The notes under the pieces: model-generated
What the model was told of the DNA's origin: nothing
What the model saw: only the letters and a program-made list of their open reading frames with translations
Database searches by the model: none
Assembly: GCA_034723395.1 (NCBI GenBank)
Contig: JAYEOW010000050.1
Location: 1 to 57,626 of the forward strand
Length of the DNA: 57,626 nucleotides
DNA from: Candidatus Margulisiibacteriota bacterium
Lineage (GTDB): Bacteria; Margulisbacteria; WOR-1; O2-12-FULL-45-9
Direction: 5' to 3'
Program-made: the position numbers and the translations under genes
Shown: piece after piece, positions 27,363 to 36,781 of the stretch
Layout: each line of letters begins with the position of its first letter
Numbering within the stretch: the first letter of the stretch is position 1

Positions 27363-28412
27363 CTATTTTTTAGCTTCATGTCTTGACCGATCGACCATAA
27401 ACTTGACCCCTTCATTCATGTTTTCCGTTTCAAGTCTAATGTTAGGGTGTCTATTGTGGAACACCCGAAAAATTTCATCAGCAAAAGCCTGGCCAACCAG
27501 TGGAACTTTATTGAAATCAAAAACAATAACCTTGAATTTTTCAAGTCCAGATAGAACCCGGCGTGCCTGCGAGCGTGAAATATGCGCACCACCGAGAGTG
27601 TAGAGCTTAACCTGGATCATGGTCTTGTCAAATCCATAATCACTGTCTTTGGCTTGATTTGTATATTGCTTGAACACATCATTTAAATGTCTTACCTGAT
27701 CCACATCAATTTTAAAAGATACTTTTGTTCCCCGCTTAATTTTTTTAGTTTTCCGCACAAAAACATCGGGTATTTTATTGTTTACAGTAAGTTGATGACC
27801 AAAGCTATCCAGAATAAATACATCGCCGACTTTGGAAGTAAAAAAGATCCCCTCCCCTGAATGCGATTTGGGCATGGTGGTAGTTTTACCTTTCATCAGA
27901 TCCTGGATAGCCTCGAATTCGGATTTTAGTTTTCTCTTTTTCTTCACGTTTCTAAATACGCCGATACCAGAATCCTTAACCACAAAAGACAGCGCCCCAC
28001 CCTGGATAGCCACCTCAACTCCAATACGAACTGAAGTAGAGTGCTCGATTGCATTATTAAGCATTTCAGAAAAAGCATAAGTAAAGATGTTTCTGATATT
28101 TTCGGGCAGGTTTTTTAAAAGAGGGAAAGCTTTCTCAATTTGATCAATAACCTTATGTTCTTCTAAAGCACGGTTGTTAAAGGCTGTTTGATAACGCAGG
28201 GGGTAAACCTCGGGATGTTTTTGGGCATACTCTGGCAGCACATAAAAGGCTTTTCGGGTTGATCCCAGCTTAATAAGCTTCTCATCTGCCACCAATTCTG
28301 CGATCAAAGAATTAGCATACTGCCGGGAAAGTTCAAAGCGTTTTACCAGGTCACGGGTAAAAACCTTACCTTTTTGAGCCGCAATTTCCAATATCTTATT
28401 TTTGGTTAACAT
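27363..28412 (-). CDS. wHTH + HATPase_c + DUF4325 (STAS-like) protein
   Basis: SEMLNNAIEHS, D.GIG, HSGEGIFF, SRSQARR, FADEIFRV; start at ATG 28412. Confidence 0.85.
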   Translation of the reverse strand: MLTKNKILEIAAQKGKVFTRDLVKRFELSRQYANSLIAELVADEKLIKLGSTRKAFYVLPEYAQKHPEVYPLRYQTAFNNRALEEHKVIDQIEKAFPLLKNLPENIRNIFTYAFSEMLNNAIEHSTSVRIGVEVAIQGGALSFVVKDSGIGVFRNVKKKRKLKSEFEAIQDLMKGKTTTMPKSHSGEGIFFTSKVGDVFILDSFGHQLTVNNKIPDVFVRKTKKIKRGTKVSFKIDVDQVRHLNDVFKQYTNQAKDSDYGFDKTMIQVKLYTLGGAHISRSQARRVLSGLEKFKVIVFDFNKVPLVGQAFADEIFRVFHNRHPNIRLETENMNEGVKFMVDRSRHEAKK

Positions 28413-28413
28413 A

Positions 28414-28464
28414 TTGTAAACCAATTGTAAACCATTCTATATTCAATTGTCAAGTAATTGACAA
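28414..28464 (-). promoter_or_regulatory. Promoter with palindromic and tandem operator
   Basis: TTGTCAA-ttac-TTGACAA palindrome over -35; TGGTTTACAAT twice over -10 and +1. Confidence 0.6.
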
Positions 28465-28529
28465 CCAACTTATTTTTAGCTTTTTTATGCCTTTTTTGAC
28501 CACTTCTTTTTGCTCTTTTTTTCATCCTC

Positions 28530-28572
28530 GTCCCGAGCCTGGTTCCCCCGAGCTTGTCGAGGGGTCGAGGGA
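28530..28572 (+). repeat. Nested REP-like palindrome
   Basis: First 34 bp identical to 27098-27131. Confidence 0.85.
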
Positions 28573-28726
28573 TTAAATAGTGCTAGGACACGATAAGGTG
28601 GGCAAAAGGCAGAGAGTAGGCGTGATGTGTTTATCTAAGATAATACCTTTTAGGCCTCAAGGCCTATCGGCCTTTTCTGCCTTTGGCCTGGTTGAATAAA
28701 GGCCGCTAGGCCGAAAAGGTTAACAC

Positions 28727-29140
28727 TGGAGCTGGCGGGAGTCGAACCCGCGTCCGAAAAGGCAGCGTAAGAGTTACTACGAGCGTAGCTTCATTTTAAA
28801 GTTCGCCCGGGACTTAACCCGAAGCAGGGCAGTTCCCGCGCTATCCGATATAAGGCTTAGTAACCGGCCAAACGGAAAAGGCCGATTAGGCAGTCGAAAA
28901 AATAACGTCTTGACTGAGCCTTTCGACAAAACTCAGGAGACGAGCTGCTTATATATTAAGCAGCGTAAGCCGGTGCCGGTGAGAGAACAGACGAATCTGT
29001 CCATGCCCACTGAACATCAGCCATCGCATTTTTAACGTCTGCGTTTATACGTTTGCCGCCGCTGATTAACGAGGTAAAGGCGACATCCTCGGCTCGCAAC
29101 TTTTACTACCACAACTTCCCGTCAAAACCCTTGCAGCCCC
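28727..29140 (-). ncRNA. ssrA: tmRNA, about 414 nt
   Basis: 5' GGGGCTG pairs with 3' CAGCTCC-A (G.U pair); T-arm GCGGGTTCGACTCCCGC; tag ORF ending YAA-stop in a hairpin; downstream of smpB. Confidence 0.95.
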
Positions 29141-29202
29141 ACGACCGCTTCGCGGTAATAACCAATTATCAAGGTACAATAACCAATGAAGGTAGAATTA
29201 TT

Positions 29203-29676
29203 TTATAATTCTTTAATAGAATCGTTTAAAAGGCCCAAGAAAGACTCAACTTGTTCCTTAGACATGTTATTAAGCAGTTCGGCGAAGTTTTGCCAATCTT
29301 GCGCTTCTTCCATGAGGCCTTTATTTTTCTTTATCTTTTCAAGTTCCAGGCCGATCTCTTTTTGCAGCCTCTTGTTCGCTTCTTCCAGCGCGGATTGCGG
29401 ATCCTTTAGCCCGGTCAATTTAATAACCTCTTCTAAGATCCTTTCAAATTCTTCGGCGCCAATCTCTTTCTCTTTGGCTTCGGTTGCCAGGGCGGCCAAC
29501 CTTACCGCCAGGGCGCGGGCGTCCAGTTCGGGGCCGCGGCCGATATCCGCTCTGGCAGGGGCCGCTTTGGCCGGATTGGCCTGCTTTTGCTCCCCCTTTT
29601 TTTCTACCTCTTTACCGACCTCTTTGGGAGTGATCGGGGGGGGGATATGCGGTTTATTTCCAGGAACATGGATCAT
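29203..29676 (-). CDS. Hypothetical helical protein
   Basis: 157-aa ORF overlapping upstream stop. Confidence 0.7.
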   Translation of the reverse strand: MIHVPGNKPHIPPPITPKEVGKEVEKKGEQKQANPAKAAPARADIGRGPELDARALAVRLAALATEAKEKEIGAEEFERILEEVIKLTGLKDPQSALEEANKRLQKEIGLELEKIKKNKGLMEEAQDWQNFAELLNNMSKEQVESFLGLLNDSIKEL

Positions 29677-29852
29677 ATCAGCTTCATTTCCTTTAAAACG
29701 CCCTTGGAGAGGACGCTTCCCAGCTCTTTCATCTTAATCTCTTCATTTTTATTTAGGGGGCGTTTTTTTATTCCCTGCATCTCTTCCCTTAGCATTTTGT
29801 ATGCTTCGCTCTTTAGATCGGCTACCGTATATTTTTTTCCCACTTTAGTCAC
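29673..29852 (-). CDS. Small basic hypothetical protein (59 aa)
   Basis: GTG at 29852 overlaps smpB end; the longer ORF-track version overlaps smpB implausibly. Confidence 0.55.
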   Translation of the reverse strand: MTKVGKKYTVADLKSEAYKMLREEMQGIKKRPLNKNEEIKMKELGSVLSKGVLKEMKLI

Positions 29853-30309
29853 GAGTTTTTCCTTTAAAAGCTCTTTCAATTTCTCTTTCAGTCTCTTTTC
29901 GTCGAAGTTTATCACGTTTTTCGTATTTTTTCTTCGCAACCCCCAACCCCAGCTCGATCTTCGCCCAGTTGCCGTCAAAAAAGACCTTAAGCGGAACCAG
30001 GATCAACCCTTTTTCGGATACTTTCCCGATCAATTTCACTAATTCTCTTTTTTTAAGCAGGACCTTCCTGGGACGGACCGGGTCGATCGGTTGCTTTCCC
30101 GCGGTCTTGTAGGGAGAGATGTGCATTCCGTAGATCAAAATCTCTTCCTTTTCAACCTTGCCAAAACTGTCTTTCAGGTTGACTTTTCCCTGGCGGACCG
30201 ATTTTACCTCGAAGCCTTCCAGGATCAGACCGGCTTTACAGGTTTCGATTATATTGTAATCAAAACGGGCCTTCCGGTTTTCGGCAATAACTTTAAAGTA
30301 CTTAGCCAC
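29845..30309 (-). CDS. smpB: SsrA-binding protein
   Basis: NRKARFDY, G.EVKSVR, R.RKVLL, KK.YEKR. Confidence 0.97.
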   Translation of the reverse strand: MAKYFKVIAENRKARFDYNIIETCKAGLILEGFEVKSVRQGKVNLKDSFGKVEKEEILIYGMHISPYKTAGKQPIDPVRPRKVLLKKRELVKLIGKVSEKGLILVPLKVFFDGNWAKIELGLGVAKKKYEKRDKLRRKETEREIERAFKGKTRD

Positions 30310-30316
30310 ATTTATA

Positions 30317-30412
30317 AATCCAAAATCCTAATGTCAAAATCCAAATAGTGGAGTAAATTATTATTATTTATAATAAATACATTGTTTGGATTTGAGATTT
30401 TGTCATTTGAGT
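30317..30412. repeat. Inverted pair of degenerate 7-bp tandem repeats
   Basis: (AATCCAA)-like x4 facing (TTTGGAT)-like x4. Confidence 0.7.
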
Positions 30413-30415
30413 TTA

Positions 30416-31102
30416 TTATAGCAGGTTCTCAAGGCCGTAAACCAGCCCTTTTACTTTTTTGACCTTGCGGATTGCCATGGTTACCCCGGGCATGAATGAT
30501 TCACGCGAAATAGAGTCGTGCCTGATCTTTAGGGTCTGTCCCAGGCCGCCAAAAATTACCTCCTGGTGCGCGACCAGCCCTTGCAACCGCACGCTATGGA
30601 CCGGGATCTTTTTGCGTTTGATATTCTTCCGCTCCCCATCGATTAGCGCGGCGGTTTTGATCGCTGTCCCCGAAGGGGCGTCCAGTTTTTTATCGTGGTG
30701 AAGCTCGATAATTTCAACCTGGGGCATATAGTGCGCCGCCTCTTTAGCAAATTTCATCATCAATACGGCGCCAATCGCAAAGTTTGGCGCGACTATACAA
30801 TTAACCCTGTTTTTTGAACAGAGTTTTTTAATTTCGGCAAGATTAGCCGGCGAAAGCCCGGTAGTTCCAACCACGGCGTGCGCTTTGTTGCTGAGGATCG
30901 TTTTTGCATTTTTCATCGCTACTTTAGGCTGAGTAAAATCGACCACGACTTCAGCTTTTGTGCCACGGATCGCCTGCGCCAGATCATCTTTCAGGTCGGT
31001 CTGCCCGACTAGTTCCAGGTCGACCGCCCTTGATACCGCCCTGACGGTTTCGCTCCCCATCCGCCCTTTAGCTCCGTTCACCAAAACTTTAATCTTTTTC
31101 AT
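30416..31102 (-). CDS. dapB: 4-hydroxy-tetrahydrodipicolinate reductase
   Basis: GAKGRMG, VDFT, GTTG, ELHHDKKLDAPSGTA. Confidence 0.96.
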   Translation of the reverse strand: MKKIKVLVNGAKGRMGSETVRAVSRAVDLELVGQTDLKDDLAQAIRGTKAEVVVDFTQPKVAMKNAKTILSNKAHAVVGTTGLSPANLAEIKKLCSKNRVNCIVAPNFAIGAVLMMKFAKEAAHYMPQVEIIELHHDKKLDAPSGTAIKTAALIDGERKNIKRKKIPVHSVRLQGLVAHQEVIFGGLGQTLKIRHDSISRESFMPGVTMAIRKVKKVKGLVYGLENLL

Positions 31103-31566
31103 TGTTTATTTACCCCCGTATGACCAAATCCTCCGGCTCCCCGGTTGGTGTCTGCAAGTTCCTCGACCTCTTCGAAAATAATTCTTTCGATTTTGTTTAT
31201 GATCATTTGCGAGATCCGGTCGCCGCGCTTTACAATTAAATCTTTCTTGCTATGGTTCATTAAAATTACTCCGACCTCACCTCGATAATCGGCATCAACC
31301 GTCCCCGGCGTGTTCAGCACCGAAACGCCCTGTTTTAGGGCCAATCCCGATCGCGGCCTTACCTGGGCTTCGAACCCCTCGGGGATTGCGATCGAGATCC
31401 CGGTGGGGATCAATCTCCATTCACCCGGAGGGATGATCGTTTCATCGTTTACTGCCGCGTATACGTCCATCCCTGCCGCATGATCGCTCATGTAGGAGGG
31501 TAAGGGGAGGTCCATCCCATGTGATAATCGCTTGATTTGTACTTTAATATTTTCCATGGTCAGCAA
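31099..31566 (-). CDS. dut: dUTP diphosphatase
   Basis: AGMD, RPRSGLA, GTVDADYRGE, RGAGGFGHTG. Confidence 0.97.
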   Translation of the reverse strand: MLTMENIKVQIKRLSHGMDLPLPSYMSDHAAGMDVYAAVNDETIIPPGEWRLIPTGISIAIPEGFEAQVRPRSGLALKQGVSVLNTPGTVDADYRGEVGVILMNHSKKDLIVKRGDRISQMIINKIERIIFEEVEELADTNRGAGGFGHTGVNKQ

Positions 31567-32822
31567 CGAATTTCCTTGATCGGTAACTTATCCATATCGC
31601 CGATGACTGCCAGGGTCAAAACTTCGCTTCTAAAGAATTTATCGGCAAGCCTAATTATATCATCATTGCTCACTTTATCAACTTTGTCGAAGATCTCGTC
31701 GATGGTCATTATCCGTCCATAATTATACTCGGATTTAGCCAGCCAGTTCATTCGTGAAGAAGTGGCCTCAAGCCCTAATACGAGGGTCCCTTTCATATAT
31801 TCCCGGGCTTTTTCGAGCTCCTCTTTTGTTACCCCTTCTTTTTTGAGTTTGCTGAATTGTTCGAGGATCAGATTAACCACCGGTTCAAGGCTCTCTTTGC
31901 TGGTCCCCGCGTAAACGTAAGCGATCCCGAAATCTTTAAATGGAGAGCTGGTAGAAAAAATCGAATAAGCAAGCCCCCGCTTTTCGCGGACCTCCTGGAA
32001 GAGGCGGGAGCTCATGCTTCCGCCGAGTAAATTATCCAAGAGCGCATACGGATAACGGTCCTCATCGACCTGGGACACCCCTTTCACCCCTAAACAGAGA
32101 TGGACCTGTTCGGTTTTTTTCTTTTTTAAATTTATACTCCCCTTGATTGCGGGGGTCGTGGGATGGCGGACGGTCTGGTTGCCGCTCCAATTATTAAAAA
32201 AGAATTTTATCCTTTCGATTAGGTCGTCGGGGATCGCTCCGGCGACCGAAATTATAGTATCTGCCGGGGTGTACCATTTTTTCCGGTAGTTTAAGATGTC
32301 TTTTTGTTTGAATGATTTAACGGATTTTTCATTGCCAATGGTTGGTTTTCCGATCGGATGGCCATGAAGGATCTTTTGGGCGAATAAATCGTGGACCTGT
32401 TCGTCCGGGGTATCCTCGTACATCTTGATCTCTTCGAGGACTACTTTTTTTTCGGTATCCATATCTTTCGGGTCGTAGAGTGAATTTAAAATCATGTCTG
32501 ATAAGACATCGATCGCGGTGTCGATATGTTTATCAAGCACAACCGCGTAGTACATCGTCTGCTCCTTGCCGGTGTAGGCGTTAATTTTCCCGCCGACCGC
32601 GTCGAGCGCGTGGGCGATCTCAAAGGCGGAGCGCTTTTTGGTCCCCTTAAAGGTCATATGCTCGATAAAGTGGGAGATCCCGCTCTCTTTTTCGGTCTCG
32701 TTACCCGATCCGGCGCTGATCAATATCCCCATGGCCGCCGATCGCAGGGTGGGGATCTCTTCGGTGACGATCCTTAACCCGTTATCGAGCGTGATTTTCC
32801 TGCCGTTAGGGATATTGCTCAT
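31560..32822 (-). CDS. M16 family Zn peptidase
   Basis: HFIEH inverted Zn motif, NAYT, SRLFQEVREKRGLAY. Confidence 0.93.
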   Translation of the reverse strand: MSNIPNGRKITLDNGLRIVTEEIPTLRSAAMGILISAGSGNETEKESGISHFIEHMTFKGTKKRSAFEIAHALDAVGGKINAYTGKEQTMYYAVVLDKHIDTAIDVLSDMILNSLYDPKDMDTEKKVVLEEIKMYEDTPDEQVHDLFAQKILHGHPIGKPTIGNEKSVKSFKQKDILNYRKKWYTPADTIISVAGAIPDDLIERIKFFFNNWSGNQTVRHPTTPAIKGSINLKKKKTEQVHLCLGVKGVSQVDEDRYPYALLDNLLGGSMSSRLFQEVREKRGLAYSIFSTSSPFKDFGIAYVYAGTSKESLEPVVNLILEQFSKLKKEGVTKEELEKAREYMKGTLVLGLEATSSRMNWLAKSEYNYGRIMTIDEIFDKVDKVSNDDIIRLADKFFRSEVLTLAVIGDMDKLPIKEIRC

Positions 32823-33424
32823 TGGTAAAGCTCGTTTGCCTTTATGTAATTTTCGATTATTTTGGGGACAACCGTGCTGACCGATTTGCCCTCTCTCAAC
32901 TTCTGGCGGATATCCGAGGAAGAGATGTTTTCCTTTAGTTCCATCAGGTGGATCTTGTCGACCTCTTTTTGCAATGGAGGGAACTTGACCAGCCTTTTAA
33001 AGGTCCTGATCTTGGTCCCGGGGCGGGTGCCGACAATAAATTCGCAGAGCTTAAAAAGTTCGAGCGGTTTTCTCCATTCGAGGATCTCGTTGATCGAGTC
33101 GAGCCCCATGATATAAAAAAGCTTGGCTTTTTTGCCGAATTTTTTCTCTAAAGCGTTGAATGTGTCGACGGCAAAGGACACTCCTTTGCGGTCGAGCTCG
33201 ATCCTGGATATTTTTAATCCCTTTTTGCCGTGAATCGCTTTCCCGACCATGTTGTAGCGATGCTCTTTATCGGTAACCTCGTCTTTTTTTTTGTGCGGGG
33301 GGTGGCCGGAGGGGATAAAGATGATCTCGTTGAGAACAAATTCTTCCATAGCGGCTTTGGCGAGGGCCAAATGTCCCTTATGGATAGGGTCGAATGTGCC
33401 TCCCATAATGCCGATTCTTTTCAC
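32819..33424 (-). CDS. nadD: Nicotinate-nucleotide adenylyltransferase
   Basis: GGTFDPIHKGH, IMG.D, ISSSDIR; start moved to GTG 33424. Confidence 0.93.
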   Translation of the reverse strand: MKRIGIMGGTFDPIHKGHLALAKAAMEEFVLNEIIFIPSGHPPHKKKDEVTDKEHRYNMVGKAIHGKKGLKISRIELDRKGVSFAVDTFNALEKKFGKKAKLFYIMGLDSINEILEWRKPLELFKLCEFIVGTRPGTKIRTFKRLVKFPPLQKEVDKIHLMELKENISSSDIRQKLREGKSVSTVVPKIIENYIKANELYQ

Positions 33425-33661
33425 TGGAAATAGTATAGCACTTTTAATCAGTTTGAGTGAAATTATTGTTTGATTTGTTTTATTGTTTTTTATTCCATGA
33501 TACCCAGGCAACTTTTTTGGTGGCAAACTGGCGAGTAGACGCGGCCCTCTCGACAGTGCTCGGGGTCGCTCTGCCAGCCTCAAACAGAGCTGCTCAAAGG
33601 AGCCTATCATTATATTCAAAAGGTAAGAGATTAGTTGGTTGGGTGAGGGCAGAGTGAAGGT

Positions 33662-34912
33662 TTACCTAACCTGCCCGCTGCCCTCAATCAAATACTTATA
33701 CGAAGTTAATTCTGGCAGGCCTAATGGTCCCCGTGCATGTAGTTTTTGGGTAGAGATCCCGATCTCGGCGCCGAAGCCGAACTCAAAGCCATCGGTAAAC
33801 CTGGTTGAAGCGTTTACATAGACCGCCGCGGAATCGACTTCATCGGCAAATTGGTTGGCCGCTTTCTTATCTTTGGTAATAATCGTTTCCGAATGTTTTG
33901 TCCCATACTTATTTATATGATCGATCGCCGCTCTAACGCCGGGGACAAGCTTGATCGCCAGGGTATAATCCAAGAATTCAGTTTTCCAGTCATCTTCGGT
34001 TGCCGCTTTGGTCCCCTTCAATATCTTTTGCGTCTTTTTGCATCCTCGAATCTCTACGTTCTTTTCATCCAGCTTCCTTTTTAATTTAGGAAGAAGCTCG
34101 GTCGCGATGGAATCGTCTACTAATAAAGTTTCGATCGCGTTACAGACCGAAGGGCGGCTGGTTTTTGCATTAAAAACGATCTCGATTGCCATCTTTTGGT
34201 CAGCGCTTTTTTCCACATAAGCATGGCAATTCCCTTCACCGGTCTCAATGGTTGGTGCCTGGGCTTTTTGAACAACGGTTTGGATCAAGTTTTTCCCCCC
34301 GCGAGGGATAAGGACATCAACATACTCTCTTGCTTTCATCAATTCTTCGGCGGTTTCCCGGTCGGTATTTTCGACCAGCTGGATGCTCCCTTTTGGGATT
34401 CCGGCCGCGTAAGCGGCTTCAGAGATCGTTTTTGCTATCTCAATATTTGACTGGATGGCGTTTGATCCCCCGCGAAGAATTGCCGCATTTCCCGCTTTCA
34501 TGCAGAGGGCGGCAGAATCGACCGTAACATTCGGCCTTGCTTCATAGATTATTCCAATTACCCCGAGAGGGACCCTCACTTTTTTGATCTTAAGCCCGTT
34601 TGGCCGGGCCCATTCGGACAATATTTCGCCGATCGGATCAGGGAGGGACCTGACGACGTTTAGGCCCTCGATCATCCCTTCGATCCTTTTCCCGTCAAGT
34701 GATAAGCGATCGAGCAGGGCGCGGGATAGCTCTCTCTTTTCGCCCGCTTCAAGATCGATTGAGTTAGCGTCGATAATTACCTTGGCGTTTTTCTCTAAGG
34801 CATCCGCCATGCGGGCCAGAGCTTCGTCTTTTATTTTTGTTGAGGTTATCGCCAGCTTGTGCGCCGCAGCTTTTGCAATTTTGCCTTTTTGGGTGATTTC
34901 CGAAGTTTTCAC
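33662..34912 (-). CDS. proA: Gamma-glutamyl phosphate reductase
   Basis: IYEARPNV, CNAIET, NASTRFTDG, KLHARGP. Confidence 0.97.
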   Translation of the reverse strand: MKTSEITQKGKIAKAAAHKLAITSTKIKDEALARMADALEKNAKVIIDANSIDLEAGEKRELSRALLDRLSLDGKRIEGMIEGLNVVRSLPDPIGEILSEWARPNGLKIKKVRVPLGVIGIIYEARPNVTVDSAALCMKAGNAAILRGGSNAIQSNIEIAKTISEAAYAAGIPKGSIQLVENTDRETAEELMKAREYVDVLIPRGGKNLIQTVVQKAQAPTIETGEGNCHAYVEKSADQKMAIEIVFNAKTSRPSVCNAIETLLVDDSIATELLPKLKRKLDEKNVEIRGCKKTQKILKGTKAATEDDWKTEFLDYTLAIKLVPGVRAAIDHINKYGTKHSETIITKDKKAANQFADEVDSAAVYVNASTRFTDGFEFGFGAEIGISTQKLHARGPLGLPELTSYKYLIEGSGQVR

Positions 34913-34977
34913 GGTGGAGTTATTATAAATAATAATAGGTGATTTGTCCAGGGAACGAAAGGGATTTGCCGGACTGT

Positions 34978-35880
34978 TTATTTTATGATCAGGAACAGGA
35001 AAAAATATACTACAGGCGCGGCGTAGAGAAGGCTGTCAATCCTGTCCAGGATCCCACCAATGCCGGGAAGGAATTTCCCGGAATCTTTTATATGTGCCTC
35101 TCTTTTTAAGCTGGACTCAACCAGGTCGCCAAGCTGGCTTACAATTGAAATTACGGCCCCCAAAAGCAAGATGTATAATATCCCCAGGTCGGGCATAAGG
35201 TAGCTGATGAGATAGGCTATCAGGACCGATACGCCCAGGCCGCCGAGCGATCCCTGCAGGGTCTTGTTCGGGCTGACTCTCGAAAAAAGTTTTGTTTTGC
35301 CAAATATTTTGCCGGAATAATAAGCGAATATATCATTGCCGATGGTAATAAGGAAAAAGAAGAGGAGGTAATTTAGGCCGTTTTCCATATTTCTAATTAA
35401 TATAAAATAACTCGACGTCAAGGCGACATAAAGGATGCCCAGAATAGTTACAGAGCTGACTGGCACATCGATGGAAAGGTCTTTCCTGATCTGGCGTTTA
35501 TATATGGGCATGGCGAAGATCCCGAGCGTAAAGAGGATGGCGCTCATGTGGAATATCTCGCTTCCAAAAAGGAACGCGATCAGCGGGAGCGCCGCGCCCA
35601 AGGCTGTGCCGGTAAGCTTGAAGGATTTTACATGGCAATGCGCGGCCAGGTAATAGAATTCTTCGATCCCTACTATCACAATTAACATTACAATAGCCAG
35701 GAAGACATAACCCCCAAAATAGGCGGAAATAGCAAATGGGGGGAGGATCAACAGCCATCCCAGGACCTTTTTTAAGGAGGCGATATTCCTGGTGCGCAGG
35801 GAAATAAAGAGATTAAAAGAAACGCCCACAATGAAAAAGCAGAGAAAGATCAATAAGGTTTTTAAGAGCGTATCGTTCAT
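34978..35880 (-). CDS. cdsA: Phosphatidate cytidylyltransferase
   Basis: SPNKT..G, GDLVESSLKR...KDSG..PG.GGILDRIDS. Confidence 0.92.
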   Translation of the reverse strand: MNDTLLKTLLIFLCFFIVGVSFNLFISLRTRNIASLKKVLGWLLILPPFAISAYFGGYVFLAIVMLIVIVGIEEFYYLAAHCHVKSFKLTGTALGAALPLIAFLFGSEIFHMSAILFTLGIFAMPIYKRQIRKDLSIDVPVSSVTILGILYVALTSSYFILIRNMENGLNYLLFFFLITIGNDIFAYYSGKIFGKTKLFSRVSPNKTLQGSLGGLGVSVLIAYLISYLMPDLGILYILLLGAVISIVSQLGDLVESSLKREAHIKDSGKFLPGIGGILDRIDSLLYAAPVVYFFLFLIIK

Positions 35881-35893
35881 AATGTAATCAGTT

Positions 35894-36781
35894 TTAAAAG
35901 TCCCTTTTCGCGAACAATTCCAGTCCTTGGGGGATAACTTTTATGCGATACTCTTTCTCTTTCGATATTTCTCCGTCTACTTCGGCGGTTAGCAGGGTTT
36001 CGCACTTGATATTTATCTTTTTTGCCTTGTACATCTTACAAAAAGGGAGCTTAACGTGTTTTCCGCTCATGGTTTTGGGCAGGTGCCAGAGGGCCTTTAA
36101 TGTTCCTATGTAATCTAAAACACAGACGTCCAGCAGCCCGTCGTTGGCTGCCGCAAATGGCGTCAGCTGGAACCCGCCTCCGCAGAACTTGCCATTGCCA
36201 ATGCTGATAAGCAGCACTTTTTTTTGGGGAAGAAAAGTGTCGTCCATTTGTATCTGGACTCTTTTAGGCTTATATGTGAATAGGGTGGGGAGGGAAGCCC
36301 CCAGATAAGCGAAGAAACCGCGAAGATATTTTTCCATCTTCTGTTTGCGCTCGCCGATCTCTCCGTCAATAGCCAGCCCTACGTTATTTAGAAAATAGCC
36401 GTCGTTTATTTTTCCCAGGTCTATCTTTTTTGTATGCCCCTCTCGGATAACATCGCAGGCTTCTCCTATGCTTTTCCCGGATATCCCGGCCAGGCGGGGC
36501 GCGTCATTACCGGAACCACAGGGGATAATCCCGAGAGCCGCGTCGCTTCCAACCATCCCGTTGACGACCTCATGGGTCAGGCCGTCACCGCCTACCGCAA
36601 TGATCTTATCAAAACCGTTTTGGACGGCTTCCTTCGCGAGAATGAGCGCTTCGCCCCTCTTGGATGTGCGGGACAACTCATAGGGCATGTCTCTCTGATC
36701 AAGGCATTCCTGGATCCTTGGCCATATTTTTTCGGCTTTACCGTGCGAGGCGGCAGGGTTGAAAATCAGTTTATATTTCAT
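35894..36781 (-). CDS. Diacylglycerol kinase family (YegS/DagK) lipid kinase
   Basis: FNP.A, GGDG, P.GSGND, GGGF, DGE. Confidence 0.9.
   Translation of the reverse strand: MKYKLIFNPAASHGKAEKIWPRIQECLDQRDMPYELSRTSKRGEALILAKEAVQNGFDKIIAVGGDGLTHEVVNGMVGSDAALGIIPCGSGNDAPRLAGISGKSIGEACDVIREGHTKKIDLGKINDGYFLNNVGLAIDGEIGERKQKMEKYLRGFFAYLGASLPTLFTYKPKRVQIQMDDTFLPQKKVLLISIGNGKFCGGGFQLTPFAAANDGLLDVCVLDYIGTLKALWHLPKTMSGKHVKLPFCKMYKAKKINIKCETLLTAEVDGEISKEKEYRIKVIPQGLELFAKRDF

Larger units (their letters stand above)
1..28726. mobile_element. AT-rich accessory/defence island adjacent to the tmRNA 3' end (left edge outside window)
   Basis: Visibly more AT-rich than DNA right of ssrA. Contains RM, Gabija, recombinase-like and excisionase-like genes and REP-like palindromes absent from the right half. 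ssrA 3' ends are established integration hotspots. No att duplication seen in window. Confidence 0.65.

Noticed and set aside
33425..33660. 65-aa N-terminal extension of NadD, or an ncRNA/riboswitch in the proA-nadD gap
   Set aside because: Extended -10 sits 7 nt before GTG 33424; no RNA family recognisable by eye (an Rfam scan would settle it)
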